A stretch of DNA of 32,000 nucleotides, from positions 120,001 through 152,000 of the forward strand of contig NZ_CP060715.1 in NCBI RefSeq assembly GCF_014396165.1, written 5' to 3'. Under the pieces are notes generated by a model. That model made no database searches, was not told the origin of the DNA, and was given only the letters and a program-made list of their open reading frames with translations. The position numbers and the translations under genes are program-made. This DNA is from Erysipelothrix inopinata (GTDB lineage Bacteria > Bacillota_I > Bacilli_A > Erysipelotrichales > Erysipelotrichaceae). Positions 6,399-15,372 of this stretch are shown here, one piece after another (the first letter of the stretch is position 1; the number at the start of each line of letters is the position of its first letter).

Positions 6399-7634
6399 TT
6401 AAGAAATGTGGAATAGTTCTTTTGAGTAGCGATCTAAATCATCTGCATACTCATCAAGTTTTTTCTCATTTTCTTCATAGCTAGCTTTTAATTCTGCAAT
6501 TTCTGCAGCAAGTTCTTCTGAATCACTTTCTTCGAATTGTCTTTCTAAACTTGTTAGTTTAATTTTGACTTTTTCGTTTAAGTTTTCAAGAGCTGACATA
6601 CGCACTTCTAAAAGCTCTACTTCATTTTCGAGTTCTTCGCGGCGTTCTTCAGCAGTTTTTAAATCTCTATTCTTAATCTTGAAATAGAATTCATCTTGAA
6701 GCGATTTGAACTGACTCCAAAGTTTTTCTTCATGTTCACGACCACTGTGACCAATTGTTTTCCATTCTTCGAATAATTTATCCATTTCTTCTCGAACTGT
6801 TTGTGGGTTAAATGATTCCACAACTTTTTCTGCACTTGCGACGATTTCAGCTTTTTTATTCTTAGCTTCATCATGTGTTGCACGAAGTTCTTCAAAGAAG
6901 TTTCTTTGATTTTCGTAAAAGTGTTGACGTGATTCATTGAATCGTTCCCAAAGAGCATCTTCGTAATCACGACCCGCAAAACCAGCATCCTTCCAACGTG
7001 TCATTAAGTCACGCATTTCTACAGAAGTTTTCTTCCAGTCAGTACTATCTTTTAAAGCTTCTGCTTCTTCAATAAGTTTTTCTTTTACTTCACGAGTTTC
7101 TTCTCGAGCTTCTGCTAAGTTTTCAAAATGTTTTGAACGTGAATCAAAGAATACATCATTGATTGCACGGAACTTTTCCCAAAGCTCTTGATCGATATCT
7201 TGACCAGCAAAGCCAGCTTCTTTCCAACGACCTTGTAATTCTTGTAGGTATGTAGCTGTCTTGTTCCATTCTTTCGAATCTTTAACTTTTTCAGCTTCTT
7301 GAATTAATTCTTTTTTAATTTTTTGTGCTTCATCAATACGTTCTTGACGTGTTTCATAAAGTTTAATTGCGTGATTAAAACGCTCTTCTAATTTAGGATC
7401 AATTCCTTCTGCTGATAATGAGTTCCATTCATCCTTGATAAAATCAAGTTTTAAATCATCTCCTGTACTCATTAGACTATAGACTTCTGATATTAATTGA
7501 TTTTGACGAGATTCTTCAACTGAGGCGAGACTTTCCCAACCGAAATGATGATCGGAGATTTCAGGTTTTGGTGAATCTTCAACTTCTACCTTTTCCTCAA
7601 TCTCGTTATTTTTTTCTTCGTTAACCATAAGCAC
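6399..7634 (-). CDS. DUF349 repeat protein
   Basis: 411 aa, highly charged. It has about five tandem copies of the DUF349 signature W-x3-G-x6-(D/E)-x-LW-x-(R/K)-F-x6-F, for example RWKEAGFAGQDIDQELWEKFRAINDVFF, RWKDAGFAGRDYEDALWERFNESRQHFY and EWKTIGHSGREHEEKLWSQFKSLQDEFY. Confidence 0.85.
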   Translation of the reverse strand: MLMVNEEKNNEIEEKVEVEDSPKPEISDHHFGWESLASVEESRQNQLISEVYSLMSTGDDLKLDFIKDEWNSLSAEGIDPKLEERFNHAIKLYETRQERIDEAQKIKKELIQEAEKVKDSKEWNKTATYLQELQGRWKEAGFAGQDIDQELWEKFRAINDVFFDSRSKHFENLAEAREETREVKEKLIEEAEALKDSTDWKKTSVEMRDLMTRWKDAGFAGRDYEDALWERFNESRQHFYENQRNFFEELRATHDEAKNKKAEIVASAEKVVESFNPQTVREEMDKLFEEWKTIGHSGREHEEKLWSQFKSLQDEFYFKIKNRDLKTAEERREELENEVELLEVRMSALENLNEKVKIKLTSLERQFEESDSEELAAEIAELKASYEENEKKLDEYADDLDRYSKELFHIS

Positions 7635-7803
7635 CTCTTTCTATAAACTACTACTAGCTCTATTTTAACACATATAGGATAAAAATTAAGATATTTCCCT
7701 CATAAAATTTCCAATACCTCTTGATTTTCTTGGTTTCATGTTTAATAATTGAAAGTTTGTTAAAAGAATTTCAATTCCACTTACAACTTATCAGTTCTTC
7801 AAG

Positions 7804-7832
7804 TTGTCACTCTTCTTGTTTTGCTATATAAT
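7804..7832 (+). promoter_or_regulatory. Sigma-A promoter of the DUF969-DUF979-pcp operon
   Basis: TTGTCA (7804-7809), 17-nt spacer, TATAAT (7827-7832). Confidence 0.65.
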
Positions 7833-7864
7833 GTGACTTATATATTTTGAAAGGAAAATTTATT

Positions 7865-8554
7865 ATGGTAGATTCTGTTAATCTGTGGTTACTGACCGGA
7901 ATTGTAATAATCGTAGTTGGTTTTGCACTTAAACTCGATTCTCTTGCAGTTGTCCTGGTAGCCGCTATCGTAACGGCATTAATTGGGGGAATGTCGTTCA
8001 TGGAAGTAGTTGGAGTTTTAGGAGAAAAATTTGTTTCTCAACGTGGTCTTACAATCTTCGTATTAACCTTACCGGTGGTTGGGTTGTGTGAGCGATACGG
8101 ACTTCGTGAACAAGCTGTTAAGTTAATTCAAAAGATGAAGGTACTTACAGCAGGACGTGTTATCTTTGTTTATCAATTGATTCGTCAATTTGCTGCTGCT
8201 GGATCCCTTCGTTTAGGAGGACATCCACAATTTGTTAGACCTTTAATCCAACCTATGGCTGAAGGTGCTGCTGTTCAATCACGTGGAGAAGATGATTTAA
8301 CAGACGATGAAAAAGATGAAATCAAAGCTGCTGCTGCAGCATCTGATAACTACGGTAACTTCTTCGGACAAAACTTGTTCCTATATAGTAGCGGAACTAA
8401 CTTGATCGTTGAAACTTTAGTAGCTGCAGGCTTTGCTGTTACTAACCGTGGTATCGCAATGTGGTCAATTCCTATCTTTGTTTGCTCCTTAGTATTTGGA
8501 GGCGTTCAAACAGTATTACTTGATCGTCGTTTAGCTAAAGGAGGTAAAAAATAA
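7865..8554 (+). CDS. DUF969-family membrane protein (predicted 5-oxoproline transporter subunit)
   Basis: I chose the ATG at 7865 (RBS AAAGGA at 7850-7855) rather than the track's TTG at 7847. Polytopic membrane protein in the characteristic DUF969-DUF979-pcp gene order. Confidence 0.8.
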   Translation: MVDSVNLWLLTGIVIIVVGFALKLDSLAVVLVAAIVTALIGGMSFMEVVGVLGEKFVSQRGLTIFVLTLPVVGLCERYGLREQAVKLIQKMKVLTAGRVIFVYQLIRQFAAAGSLRLGGHPQFVRPLIQPMAEGAAVQSRGEDDLTDDEKDEIKAAAAASDNYGNFFGQNLFLYSSGTNLIVETLVAAGFAVTNRGIAMWSIPIFVCSLVFGGVQTVLLDRRLAKGGKK

Positions 8555-9510
8555 TGAATTTTTGGACATTATTTTTAGAAATCTGGTATATCTATATCGG
8601 ACTTATATTTATTGTGAGTGGTATTGATGCATTTAAAAACGTAGATGATAACCGTAAGTACGGTGCTTCATTATTCTGGTTCATTCTTGCATTCTTATTT
8701 ATGGTAGGACCTTATGTTCCTAAAGAAGTTAACGGATTCCTAGTATTAGGACTTGGTGTTCTCTCAGCGTTTAAAGTTGTAAATATCAGTAAAATTGAAA
8801 TGATTCCTGATCGTTTCAGACAAACTTCATCGGATCGTATCGGTCTCGCAATCTTTATTCCATCACTTATCATTGCTCTCGGTGCTGTAATCTTCTCAAT
8901 GGTTTTACCAGGCCTTGCTGATCCAGCATTAAAAGTATCTGATTCAGTCTTTGGATATATTGCGATTGGTTTATCTGCATTCTGTGGATTAATTGCTGCT
9001 CTTATTATTACAAAAGCTGGCCCACAAGACGCTGTTAAAGATGCAAGTCGTTTAATGCGTACCATGGGTTCATTCAGTATCTTGCCTCAACTTCTCGCTG
9101 GTTTAGGAGCAATCTTTACATCAGCTGGTGTTGGACAATTGATTTCAACATTAATGAGTAATGTTATTCCTAACGGCTCTGCACTTGCTGGAGTTATTGC
9201 ATATTGTGTTGGTATGGCAATCTTTACTATTATTATGGGTAATGCATTTGCTGCCTTTGCTGTTATTACAGTCGGTATTGGTATTCCATTTGTATTCTCA
9301 CAAGGTGCAGATCCAGTTATTGCTGGTGCACTTGCGATGACAGCAGGATTCTGTGGTACATTGTTAACACCAATGGCTGCGAACTTTAACCTGTTACCGG
9401 CAACACTTCTTGAAACAAAATCACAATATACTGTGATCAAGTACCAAGCACCATTTGCAATCGCATTATTAATTGCACATATTGTATTAATGTATTTCTT
9501 AGCATTTTAA
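8554..9510 (+). CDS. DUF979-family membrane protein (predicted 5-oxoproline transporter subunit)
   Basis: 318-aa polytopic protein. TAATG stop/start overlap with the upstream gene, and RBS AAAGGAGG. Confidence 0.8.
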   Translation: MNFWTLFLEIWYIYIGLIFIVSGIDAFKNVDDNRKYGASLFWFILAFLFMVGPYVPKEVNGFLVLGLGVLSAFKVVNISKIEMIPDRFRQTSSDRIGLAIFIPSLIIALGAVIFSMVLPGLADPALKVSDSVFGYIAIGLSAFCGLIAALIITKAGPQDAVKDASRLMRTMGSFSILPQLLAGLGAIFTSAGVGQLISTLMSNVIPNGSALAGVIAYCVGMAIFTIIMGNAFAAFAVITVGIGIPFVFSQGADPVIAGALAMTAGFCGTLLTPMAANFNLLPATLLETKSQYTVIKYQAPFAIALLIAHIVLMYFLAF

Positions 9511-9525
9511 AGGAGGAAATAATTT

Positions 9526-10167
9526 ATGAAAGTATTAATTACAGGTTTTGATCCATTTGGTGGAGAAGCAATGAACCCAGCTTATGAAGCTGTGAAACTC
9601 CTTCCAAATACAATTGAAGGAGCTGAAGTTATTAAAGTTGAAGTTCCTACAGTTTTCGGAAAGGCGATTGATGTCTTAGAAGAAAACATGACTAAGTATC
9701 AACCCGATGTTGTAATCTGTGTTGGTCAAGCAGGTGGTCGTTTCGGCGTTACTCCAGAACGTGTAGCAATCAACCAAGATGATGCACGTATTAAGGATAA
9801 CGAAGGAAACCAACCGATTGATGAAACGATTCGTCTTGACGGTGAAGGTGCTTATTTCTCAACACTGCCAATTAAAGCAATGGTAGAAAACATGAAAGAA
9901 GCAAAAATTCCTGCATCAGTATCTAATACTGCAGGTACCTTCGTATGTAACCACTTAATGTATGGACTTATGTATTTAATTGATAAAAAGTTCCCAGCAA
10001 CTAAAGGTGGCTTCATTCACGTTCCATTCGCAACAGAACAAGCTGCACAAAAGGTTAATATGCCTTCATTAAGCCTTGAAGAAATTGCGAAAGGTTTAGA
10101 AGTAGCAATCGCAACTTCAGTAACTGTTAAAGAAGATGCTAAAATCCAAGGTGGCGCAATTTCATAA
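9526..10167 (+). CDS. pcp: Pyrrolidone-carboxylate (pyroglutamyl) peptidase I
   Basis: 213 aa. [17 protein letters not shown]-terminus, catalytic Cys context [13 protein letters not shown] and His context GGFIHVP, typical of peptidase C15. Confidence 0.95.
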   Translation: MKVLITGFDPFGGEAMNPAYEAVKLLPNTIEGAEVIKVEVPTVFGKAIDVLEENMTKYQPDVVICVGQAGGRFGVTPERVAINQDDARIKDNEGNQPIDETIRLDGEGAYFSTLPIKAMVENMKEAKIPASVSNTAGTFVCNHLMYGLMYLIDKKFPATKGGFIHVPFATEQAAQKVNMPSLSLEEIAKGLEVAIATSVTVKEDAKIQGGAIS

Positions 10168-10173
10168 TTCATT

Positions 10174-10205
10174 AAAGACTTGATTTACTTCAAGTCTTTT
10201 TTTAT
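10174..10205 (+). terminator. Rho-independent terminator of the pcp operon
   Basis: AAAGACTTGA (10174-10183) pairs with TCAAGTCTTT (10190-10199), followed by a T-run. Confidence 0.85.
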
Positions 10206-10210
10206 TTGAA

Positions 10211-10242
10211 AAAGCTAGAGTTAATATAGACACTCTAGCTTT
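10211..10242 (-). terminator. Terminator hairpin downstream of the GH85 gene
   Basis: AAAGCTAGAGT (10211-10221) pairs with ACTCTAGCTTT (10232-10242). T-rich on both sides, so possibly bidirectional. Confidence 0.6.
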
Positions 10243-10252
10243 TATTTATATA

Positions 10253-13200
10253 TTAATGTTTTTCATGTTTCTTTCGTGTTTTAAACATTACCGCAGAAAG
10301 TCCTAACATTGTAATCATAGAACCTAGTGCTAAATTTCGATTGCTATTTTCCATACCTGTTTCCGGAAGTTTTGTTTCACTTCCATCATTTGGTTTAACT
10401 GGATTTGTCGGATTTATAGGCTTAGTAGGTTCCGTCGGTTTTGTTGGTTCTGTTGGGTCAGTTGGTTTTGTAGGCTCTTTTGGATCTTCTTTTTTAACTA
10501 ATCCATCTATAGCATTTGTCAACGATTCAATTGCATTTTGAACATCTTGTTCCGTGCTGATTGTTCGTGCTTTGATGCTGTATAATTCATTATTTTTCTT
10601 TAACTTAGATGGAAGATTATTAAGAACGTTTTCACCATTTTTGATTGCTTCTTCAAGAACAAGAATTGTTTCTGGCGTGTATGTTTCACCATCAATCAAA
10701 CGTGCTTCCTCAAGCTTTTCTTCGAGTTCTCTAACTGAATTCTCGCGTGGAATTGTGATGTCGTCAAGACTATCAATGGCTAACTTCAATGTGCTATATG
10801 CCTCATTAACCTCGAGTTGTGTTGCTTCCAAATCATCTCTAGTTTTTAAGGCACTTTGCAATGCTTGAGTATACACTGCAAAACTATCTTTCGAATACTG
10901 AGCTTCCAAATATTCATTGTTATCAATGAGTGCCTTCAAGAGTGTCTTGTTTGCATTCAATTTCAATTTAAGAAGCACTTCATCGATTTCAGAAACAATC
11001 ATATCCACTTCATCTTGTGTGGATTGATCATTTTCTAAAACATCTGAGGCTTTTATAAGTGATTCATCAATTAATTTTTGAGAGACAGGTGTATACAGTT
11101 CTTTATCCAATGCTTTAATTTTTTGAATCGATGCGACAAGATCCTTCTTATCAACACTGTCTTCTTTGACTTCAAGAGCGCTTACTGCTTCTTCAATGTT
11201 TGTTATTGCGGCAGTGAGTAATGTCTCATCGTTGCTATTATTTTCTAATAGTACTTTTCCCTCATTAATTCTCGTTTCCAATTTGGAGAAGCTCTCAACA
11301 CTATACTTAGACTCATCTAGTTTTAAAGTATCATTAATAATATTTTGAAGCATCATTGATAACTTATCCGCTGATGGCAATAAGTTTTCGACAGCTGTGT
11401 TCAAACTCTGTAGAGCTTCGGTATATGTTTTATCTGTAACAGCTGGATTTTTATGTACAAGTGATACTGCCTCTAAAACCTCTGATAAATGGCGATATGA
11501 TTCTGAGTTGTACTCACCTTCTTTGAGTTGTTTAACTTCATAGATTCTACGTCCCAACTCATTGTAGTTTTCATAATAATTTAAGTTGATAATCTTTTCA
11601 TTATCTTGATCTTTAACTACTGAAAAATCAATCGGTTTTTGATCATAGTATATACCAAGTGGTAGTGATGTAAAGGAAAGCTGATAGTCACCAATAGGAA
11701 GATTAAGTGTAAGACCCGAGTCCGAGGTTCCTCCTTCACTTCGTACCTTACCGGAACTGTCAATTATGTCATACGTTGCATTAAGTCCCATACCCTCTGC
11801 ATACACATGAATATACATGGATGCTTCAACTAGAGGTAGAGACATTACACTATTCTTACCACTTTCATCTAATTCTTCTCTTTGATTTGTTACATAAATT
11901 CGTTCGCCAAATTTATTGAAATCAATGTCTTCTAGGATCGTATTTCCATCTTTTTCAACTTCTTTTTCATAAATCGGCGTTTCTGAAGCTATGCTATCGT
12001 AAAGACGAACTTTATCACCTTTCTTTAGCTCATTGATATTAATCGTATTTCGTTCAAAGTCAGGTTTAATGTGGAATTGTGGAATCATCGGTGTTTTCGC
12101 AAATCCACTATTAAACATTTGCCATTCATAAATTCGGATTGCTCCCCAAGGAGATGTTCCTGAATTTGTAATATTAAGTTTCCATTCCTGTGCAGTGATG
12201 GGCTCATCCAGCAAGACATCTGTGACTGCTTTAGTATTACCTTTAATATCTTTCGCTATTTTCCAAACACCATTTTCATCTTTATAGTTTAAGGAAAAGT
12301 CTACAGTATTCATATTGTTGGCCTCTCCACCATACTCAGCATGTTCAACACGCCAACGAGTAACCGTTTCTGGTTGTTTTAAACGAATTGAAAGATATCC
12401 TGATTTTTTATTAGTTGCCGTCCATTTACTGTTACCTGTTGCTGTTCCATCAAGTGCTTTCCATCCTGGCTCTGCTGCATTTTCAGCTGAAACCTCTGTT
12501 ATTTCAGCATTGAGTGCCAAGTTTTCAGGTTCGAATACTTCATTTATATCGCTTCCGTCCAATGCAACATCCCAGTTGAAACTAACATCAGTTCCCTTAG
12601 AACGTTGTTTATGAGCATCAATGGACTTAACACGAAGTGTTGTGGTATTACCATCCATTGCGTTCTCATTCGTTCTTGTAATTTGATCGGCATAAAAGAC
12701 AGTATTCGTTGTTGATCCTAGCAGTACTTCTTTTCCATCTTTATTTACTTGATAAATTTCATAACTTTGCGCATCTCTAACATCGCTCCAAGATATTCTA
12801 GCACTTGCTTCTCGGGAGTTAGAAAGTAATTTTTCGTCAACTGAAACAGACTTTGTATTTGAAATCTCATTCATTTCTTTACCAACTGTTAGCTGACCAA
12901 GATTGATTGACAAGGATTCACTTTCCTGTGTCCTAACTCTGAGACTTAGTGCATAGATTTTCTTACCTTCATGTTCAGATAAATCGATAGAACTCGTACC
13001 CCAATTTTCATCACTACTTATTTCAAAATAGGTTAAGTCCTTCTCTTTATAGTCTTCATCAAATGCAACGCCTACTTCAAGAACACTGGTTGTATTTCCT
13101 TTGGTTGTGAGGTTTATCTTAGTGCCTGATTCCACATCCAAGTTTGTGCTATAAAGCATTACATCATTAATGCTTCCTGCCTCAAGGTTTCCATTAAATT

Positions 13201-14653
13201 GAAGTGAGTTTCCACCATTGTATGCATCATTAAAATCGTAAATTACATCCAATCGTGTTCCAACTGGATCTTTAACCCACCAACGCCATGTAGGCATGAT
13301 ATCCTGCACCGATCGATAGTTCCAAGTTCGATCACGTACCACATCACCTTCTGCAAACCATTTTCTTCCATGACCTGCGTTAAAACTTGTTCCAAACTTA
13401 GTTCCTGAAACTGTAGATTTATCTGTTACAAAACGAGACATCCCTACCCATTCACCATCATCGCCCGTAATACTTGGGTCTCCTTCGGGTCCGGTATAGA
13501 GTATCTGTTCATGTTTAAAGAATGACTCTGCACTTTCAGCAAATCCCATGGTAGAGTTTGGTGCATACAGGGCAATGGAAGATAGAATTTTTCCATCCTC
13601 ACCAATTAAGTTCTTAGTTTGAATGCTCGTTTTATAGCTATTTTGTTGAATTTCAAATCCTGCATATGCATCGTATGGATCTCTGTCTAAAGTCTTAGAC
13701 ATAAAGTCATGTGTTGACTTGATACCACTTTTGCTCCAATTAAAGTTCATAAAAAATTCATCGACAGCATAATTGCCATTTCCATCTTTTTTTAGCCAAA
13801 TATCATTTTGATTGTTTACTGCATTTTGATGGCTTACACTCCCACTGTTTGCCATAGCATCATACCAACCGATATTTACTGGATATCCCATCTCACGTGA
13901 TTTTGTGCGTAGGTATATTAACATATCTTTAATTTCATCTGCTACTTTAGCATTTGACCCAAATGATTCTTGGTTGAAGAAGTAGCCATCAAAACCATAG
14001 TACTCCGCTATTTCTATCATTTTATTTGCGACAACATATTCCCCATTTTCGTCCTTCATTGACATTCTTTCTAATTCAGCTAAAGAATCATAATGTCCTG
14101 ATCCCCATGGAAAATGAAGTGTTGCATACACAGGCACGCCATTTTTATGAGCTGCATCGACAATATCTGGAGAAGGAATAGCAAATACACCTTCTTCTGA
14201 ACTCGCCCAATAGATCATTGAATCAAGATATTGCCAGTTATCAAATGCATAGACGTTAAAGTCTTCTCCACCTGTAGATGGTGTTTTATCATGATTTGCA
14301 TTAGAGATTGCTGCAGATGTAATTTTCGCTTTAGGATTTGCAAGTTCATTTACTTGAGTTCCTTGGAATCGACTTTTATTTAATGGAACAGTCGATCTGT
14401 TCAACTTAGCATCTGGATCTTTTTCTGGAGTCCACTCTAGTAGCGTCTTAACTCTGAATGCAGGTGCAACCGGTTGAAGTGATGTACCATTAACATAATT
14501 TTCATTAACTTCATCCGTACCATCACCGTCAATCGCAGCATGAATTGTTAATCCATTTCCAACAAATCCTAACGCCAACGATACAGTTGTGATACCAATA
14601 CACACATTACGAAAAATCGATTCTTTGAATCGCTGTTTTTTGTTTTGTTTCAT
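10253..14653 (-). CDS. Cell-wall-anchored endo-beta-N-acetylglucosaminidase (GH85) with F5/8-type-C/CBM32-like module, FIVAR-like repeats, PT-rich linker and LPXTG sorting signal
   Basis: 1466 aa with an N-terminal signal peptide. GH85 block GFDGYFFNQES (catalytic N-x-E). Discoidin-like block GWKALDGTATGNSKW..IRIYEWQMF. About five helical repeats (Y(T/S)xxSxxxL..AL..A..L..). Linker PKEPTKPTDPTEPTKPTEPTKPINPTNPVKP. C-terminal LPETG, hydrophobic stretch, then KTRKKHEKH. Confidence 0.9.
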   Translation of the reverse strand: MKQNKKQRFKESIFRNVCIGITTVSLALGFVGNGLTIHAAIDGDGTDEVNENYVNGTSLQPVAPAFRVKTLLEWTPEKDPDAKLNRSTVPLNKSRFQGTQVNELANPKAKITSAAISNANHDKTPSTGGEDFNVYAFDNWQYLDSMIYWASSEEGVFAIPSPDIVDAAHKNGVPVYATLHFPWGSGHYDSLAELERMSMKDENGEYVVANKMIEIAEYYGFDGYFFNQESFGSNAKVADEIKDMLIYLRTKSREMGYPVNIGWYDAMANSGSVSHQNAVNNQNDIWLKKDGNGNYAVDEFFMNFNWSKSGIKSTHDFMSKTLDRDPYDAYAGFEIQQNSYKTSIQTKNLIGEDGKILSSIALYAPNSTMGFAESAESFFKHEQILYTGPEGDPSITGDDGEWVGMSRFVTDKSTVSGTKFGTSFNAGHGRKWFAEGDVVRDRTWNYRSVQDIMPTWRWWVKDPVGTRLDVIYDFNDAYNGGNSLQFNGNLEAGSINDVMLYSTNLDVESGTKINLTTKGNTTSVLEVGVAFDEDYKEKDLTYFEISSDENWGTSSIDLSEHEGKKIYALSLRVRTQESESLSINLGQLTVGKEMNEISNTKSVSVDEKLLSNSREASARISWSDVRDAQSYEIYQVNKDGKEVLLGSTTNTVFYADQITRTNENAMDGNTTTLRVKSIDAHKQRSKGTDVSFNWDVALDGSDINEVFEPENLALNAEITEVSAENAAEPGWKALDGTATGNSKWTATNKKSGYLSIRLKQPETVTRWRVEHAEYGGEANNMNTVDFSLNYKDENGVWKIAKDIKGNTKAVTDVLLDEPITAQEWKLNITNSGTSPWGAIRIYEWQMFNSGFAKTPMIPQFHIKPDFERNTININELKKGDKVRLYDSIASETPIYEKEVEKDGNTILEDIDFNKFGERIYVTNQREELDESGKNSVMSLPLVEASMYIHVYAEGMGLNATYDIIDSSGKVRSEGGTSDSGLTLNLPIGDYQLSFTSLPLGIYYDQKPIDFSVVKDQDNEKIINLNYYENYNELGRRIYEVKQLKEGEYNSESYRHLSEVLEAVSLVHKNPAVTDKTYTEALQSLNTAVENLLPSADKLSMMLQNIINDTLKLDESKYSVESFSKLETRINEGKVLLENNSNDETLLTAAITNIEEAVSALEVKEDSVDKKDLVASIQKIKALDKELYTPVSQKLIDESLIKASDVLENDQSTQDEVDMIVSEIDEVLLKLKLNANKTLLKALIDNNEYLEAQYSKDSFAVYTQALQSALKTRDDLEATQLEVNEAYSTLKLAIDSLDDITIPRENSVRELEEKLEEARLIDGETYTPETILVLEEAIKNGENVLNNLPSKLKKNNELYSIKARTISTEQDVQNAIESLTNAIDGLVKKEDPKEPTKPTDPTEPTKPTEPTKPINPTNPVKPNDGSETKLPETGMENSNRNLALGSMITMLGLSAVMFKTRKKHEKH

Positions 14654-14697
14654 ATTTTCTCCTAATCATTATTGTGGGATATTGCTTACCCATAGAC

Positions 14698-14711
14698 AGT
14701 AAACGCTTACA
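14698..14711. promoter_or_regulatory. cre-like (CcpA) site upstream of the GH85 gene
   Basis: AGTAAACGCTTACA matches 13 of 14 positions of TGWAANCGNTNWCA. It lies 45-58 nt upstream of the start codon at 14653 and 6 nt downstream of a TATAAT on the minus strand. Confidence 0.45.
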
Positions 14712-14823
14712 GTACTATTATATATTTATAATAGAATTATCGTAGTGAGAAACTATAGGAATTTGGATACATACTATAGATTTTATTTTTCATCATTATT
14801 TATGAGCACTATTCTCTTAACAA

Positions 14824-14842
14824 TATACCCCTCGTGGTATAA
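14824..14842. promoter_or_regulatory. CsoR/CstR-type operator candidate 1 (TATACCCCTcgtgGTATAA)
   Basis: Pseudo-palindrome TATACC-N6-GGTATA overlapping the extended -10 (TGgTATAAT, 14835-14843) of the CxxC membrane protein gene. The motif TATACCCCT-N4-GTATAA also occurs at 16040-16058. Confidence 0.55.
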
Positions 14843-14863
14843 TCGTCACAAAGAGGTGATGTT

Positions 14864-15343
14864 ATGTTTGAATATGCGTTAACCATGATTCCAAGTAAAC
14901 GAAAGCATTGGATCTTATTTACATTATTTTTCTTGTTTGTCTATACACTGATTGATTCATTCAATATGTCTTATAGTGCAATGGCATCTGAATACAGTGT
15001 TACCTTAGTAGTTGTCAATATATTACTAAATATATTAATGAGTATTCTCTCAGGTCTTCTGATGACTCTCAGTACTGTTATGGCAACGATTTATGGTCAT
15101 GAAGGAAAAGGACAAAATATGGGTTTTCTCTCAATTGTCTTTGGCATTCTAACGTATGGTTGTACCCCATGTGTGATAGCCTTCTTTGCTTCCATTGGTA
15201 TTTCATTCTCAGTGGTTGCTTTACCTTTGGCGGGTCTTCCTTATAAACTAGTGTCACTTGTATTAATTATTTTAGGTTTAGTATATATTCGCTATGAAAT
15301 GAAGAAGCCATGTCCCATAAGAAAAGAGGAAGTTCCAAACTAG
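14864..15343 (+). CDS. Small 4-TM membrane protein with an intramembrane CxxC (YGCTPCV), function unknown
   Basis: 159 aa. RBS AAAGAGGTGA 4 nt upstream of the ATG. Four hydrophobic segments, with the CxxC inside the third. A third Cys sits in the C-terminal tail (KKPCPIRK). Confidence 0.7.
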   Translation: MFEYALTMIPSKRKHWILFTLFFLFVYTLIDSFNMSYSAMASEYSVTLVVVNILLNILMSILSGLLMTLSTVMATIYGHEGKGQNMGFLSIVFGILTYGCTPCVIAFFASIGISFSVVALPLAGLPYKLVSLVLIILGLVYIRYEMKKPCPIRKEEVPN

Positions 15344-15360
15344 GATCTTCCTCTTTTTAA
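15324..15360. terminator. Bidirectional terminator between the convergent CxxC-protein and csoR-family genes
   Basis: AAGAGGAAG (15324-15332) pairs with CTTCCTCTT (15347-15355). Followed by TTTTAA on the plus strand and TTCTTAT on the minus strand. Confidence 0.6.
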
Positions 15361-15372
15361 TTATAAGTTATA

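Noticed and set aside
10390-10490. Short tandem imperfect repeats on the plus strand (ggttttgt / ggttctgt units), considered as a possible CRISPR-like or satellite repeat
   Set aside because: They are the antisense of the PT-rich (PTKPTE) cell-wall linker coding sequence of the GH85 gene. There is no repeat-spacer architecture.
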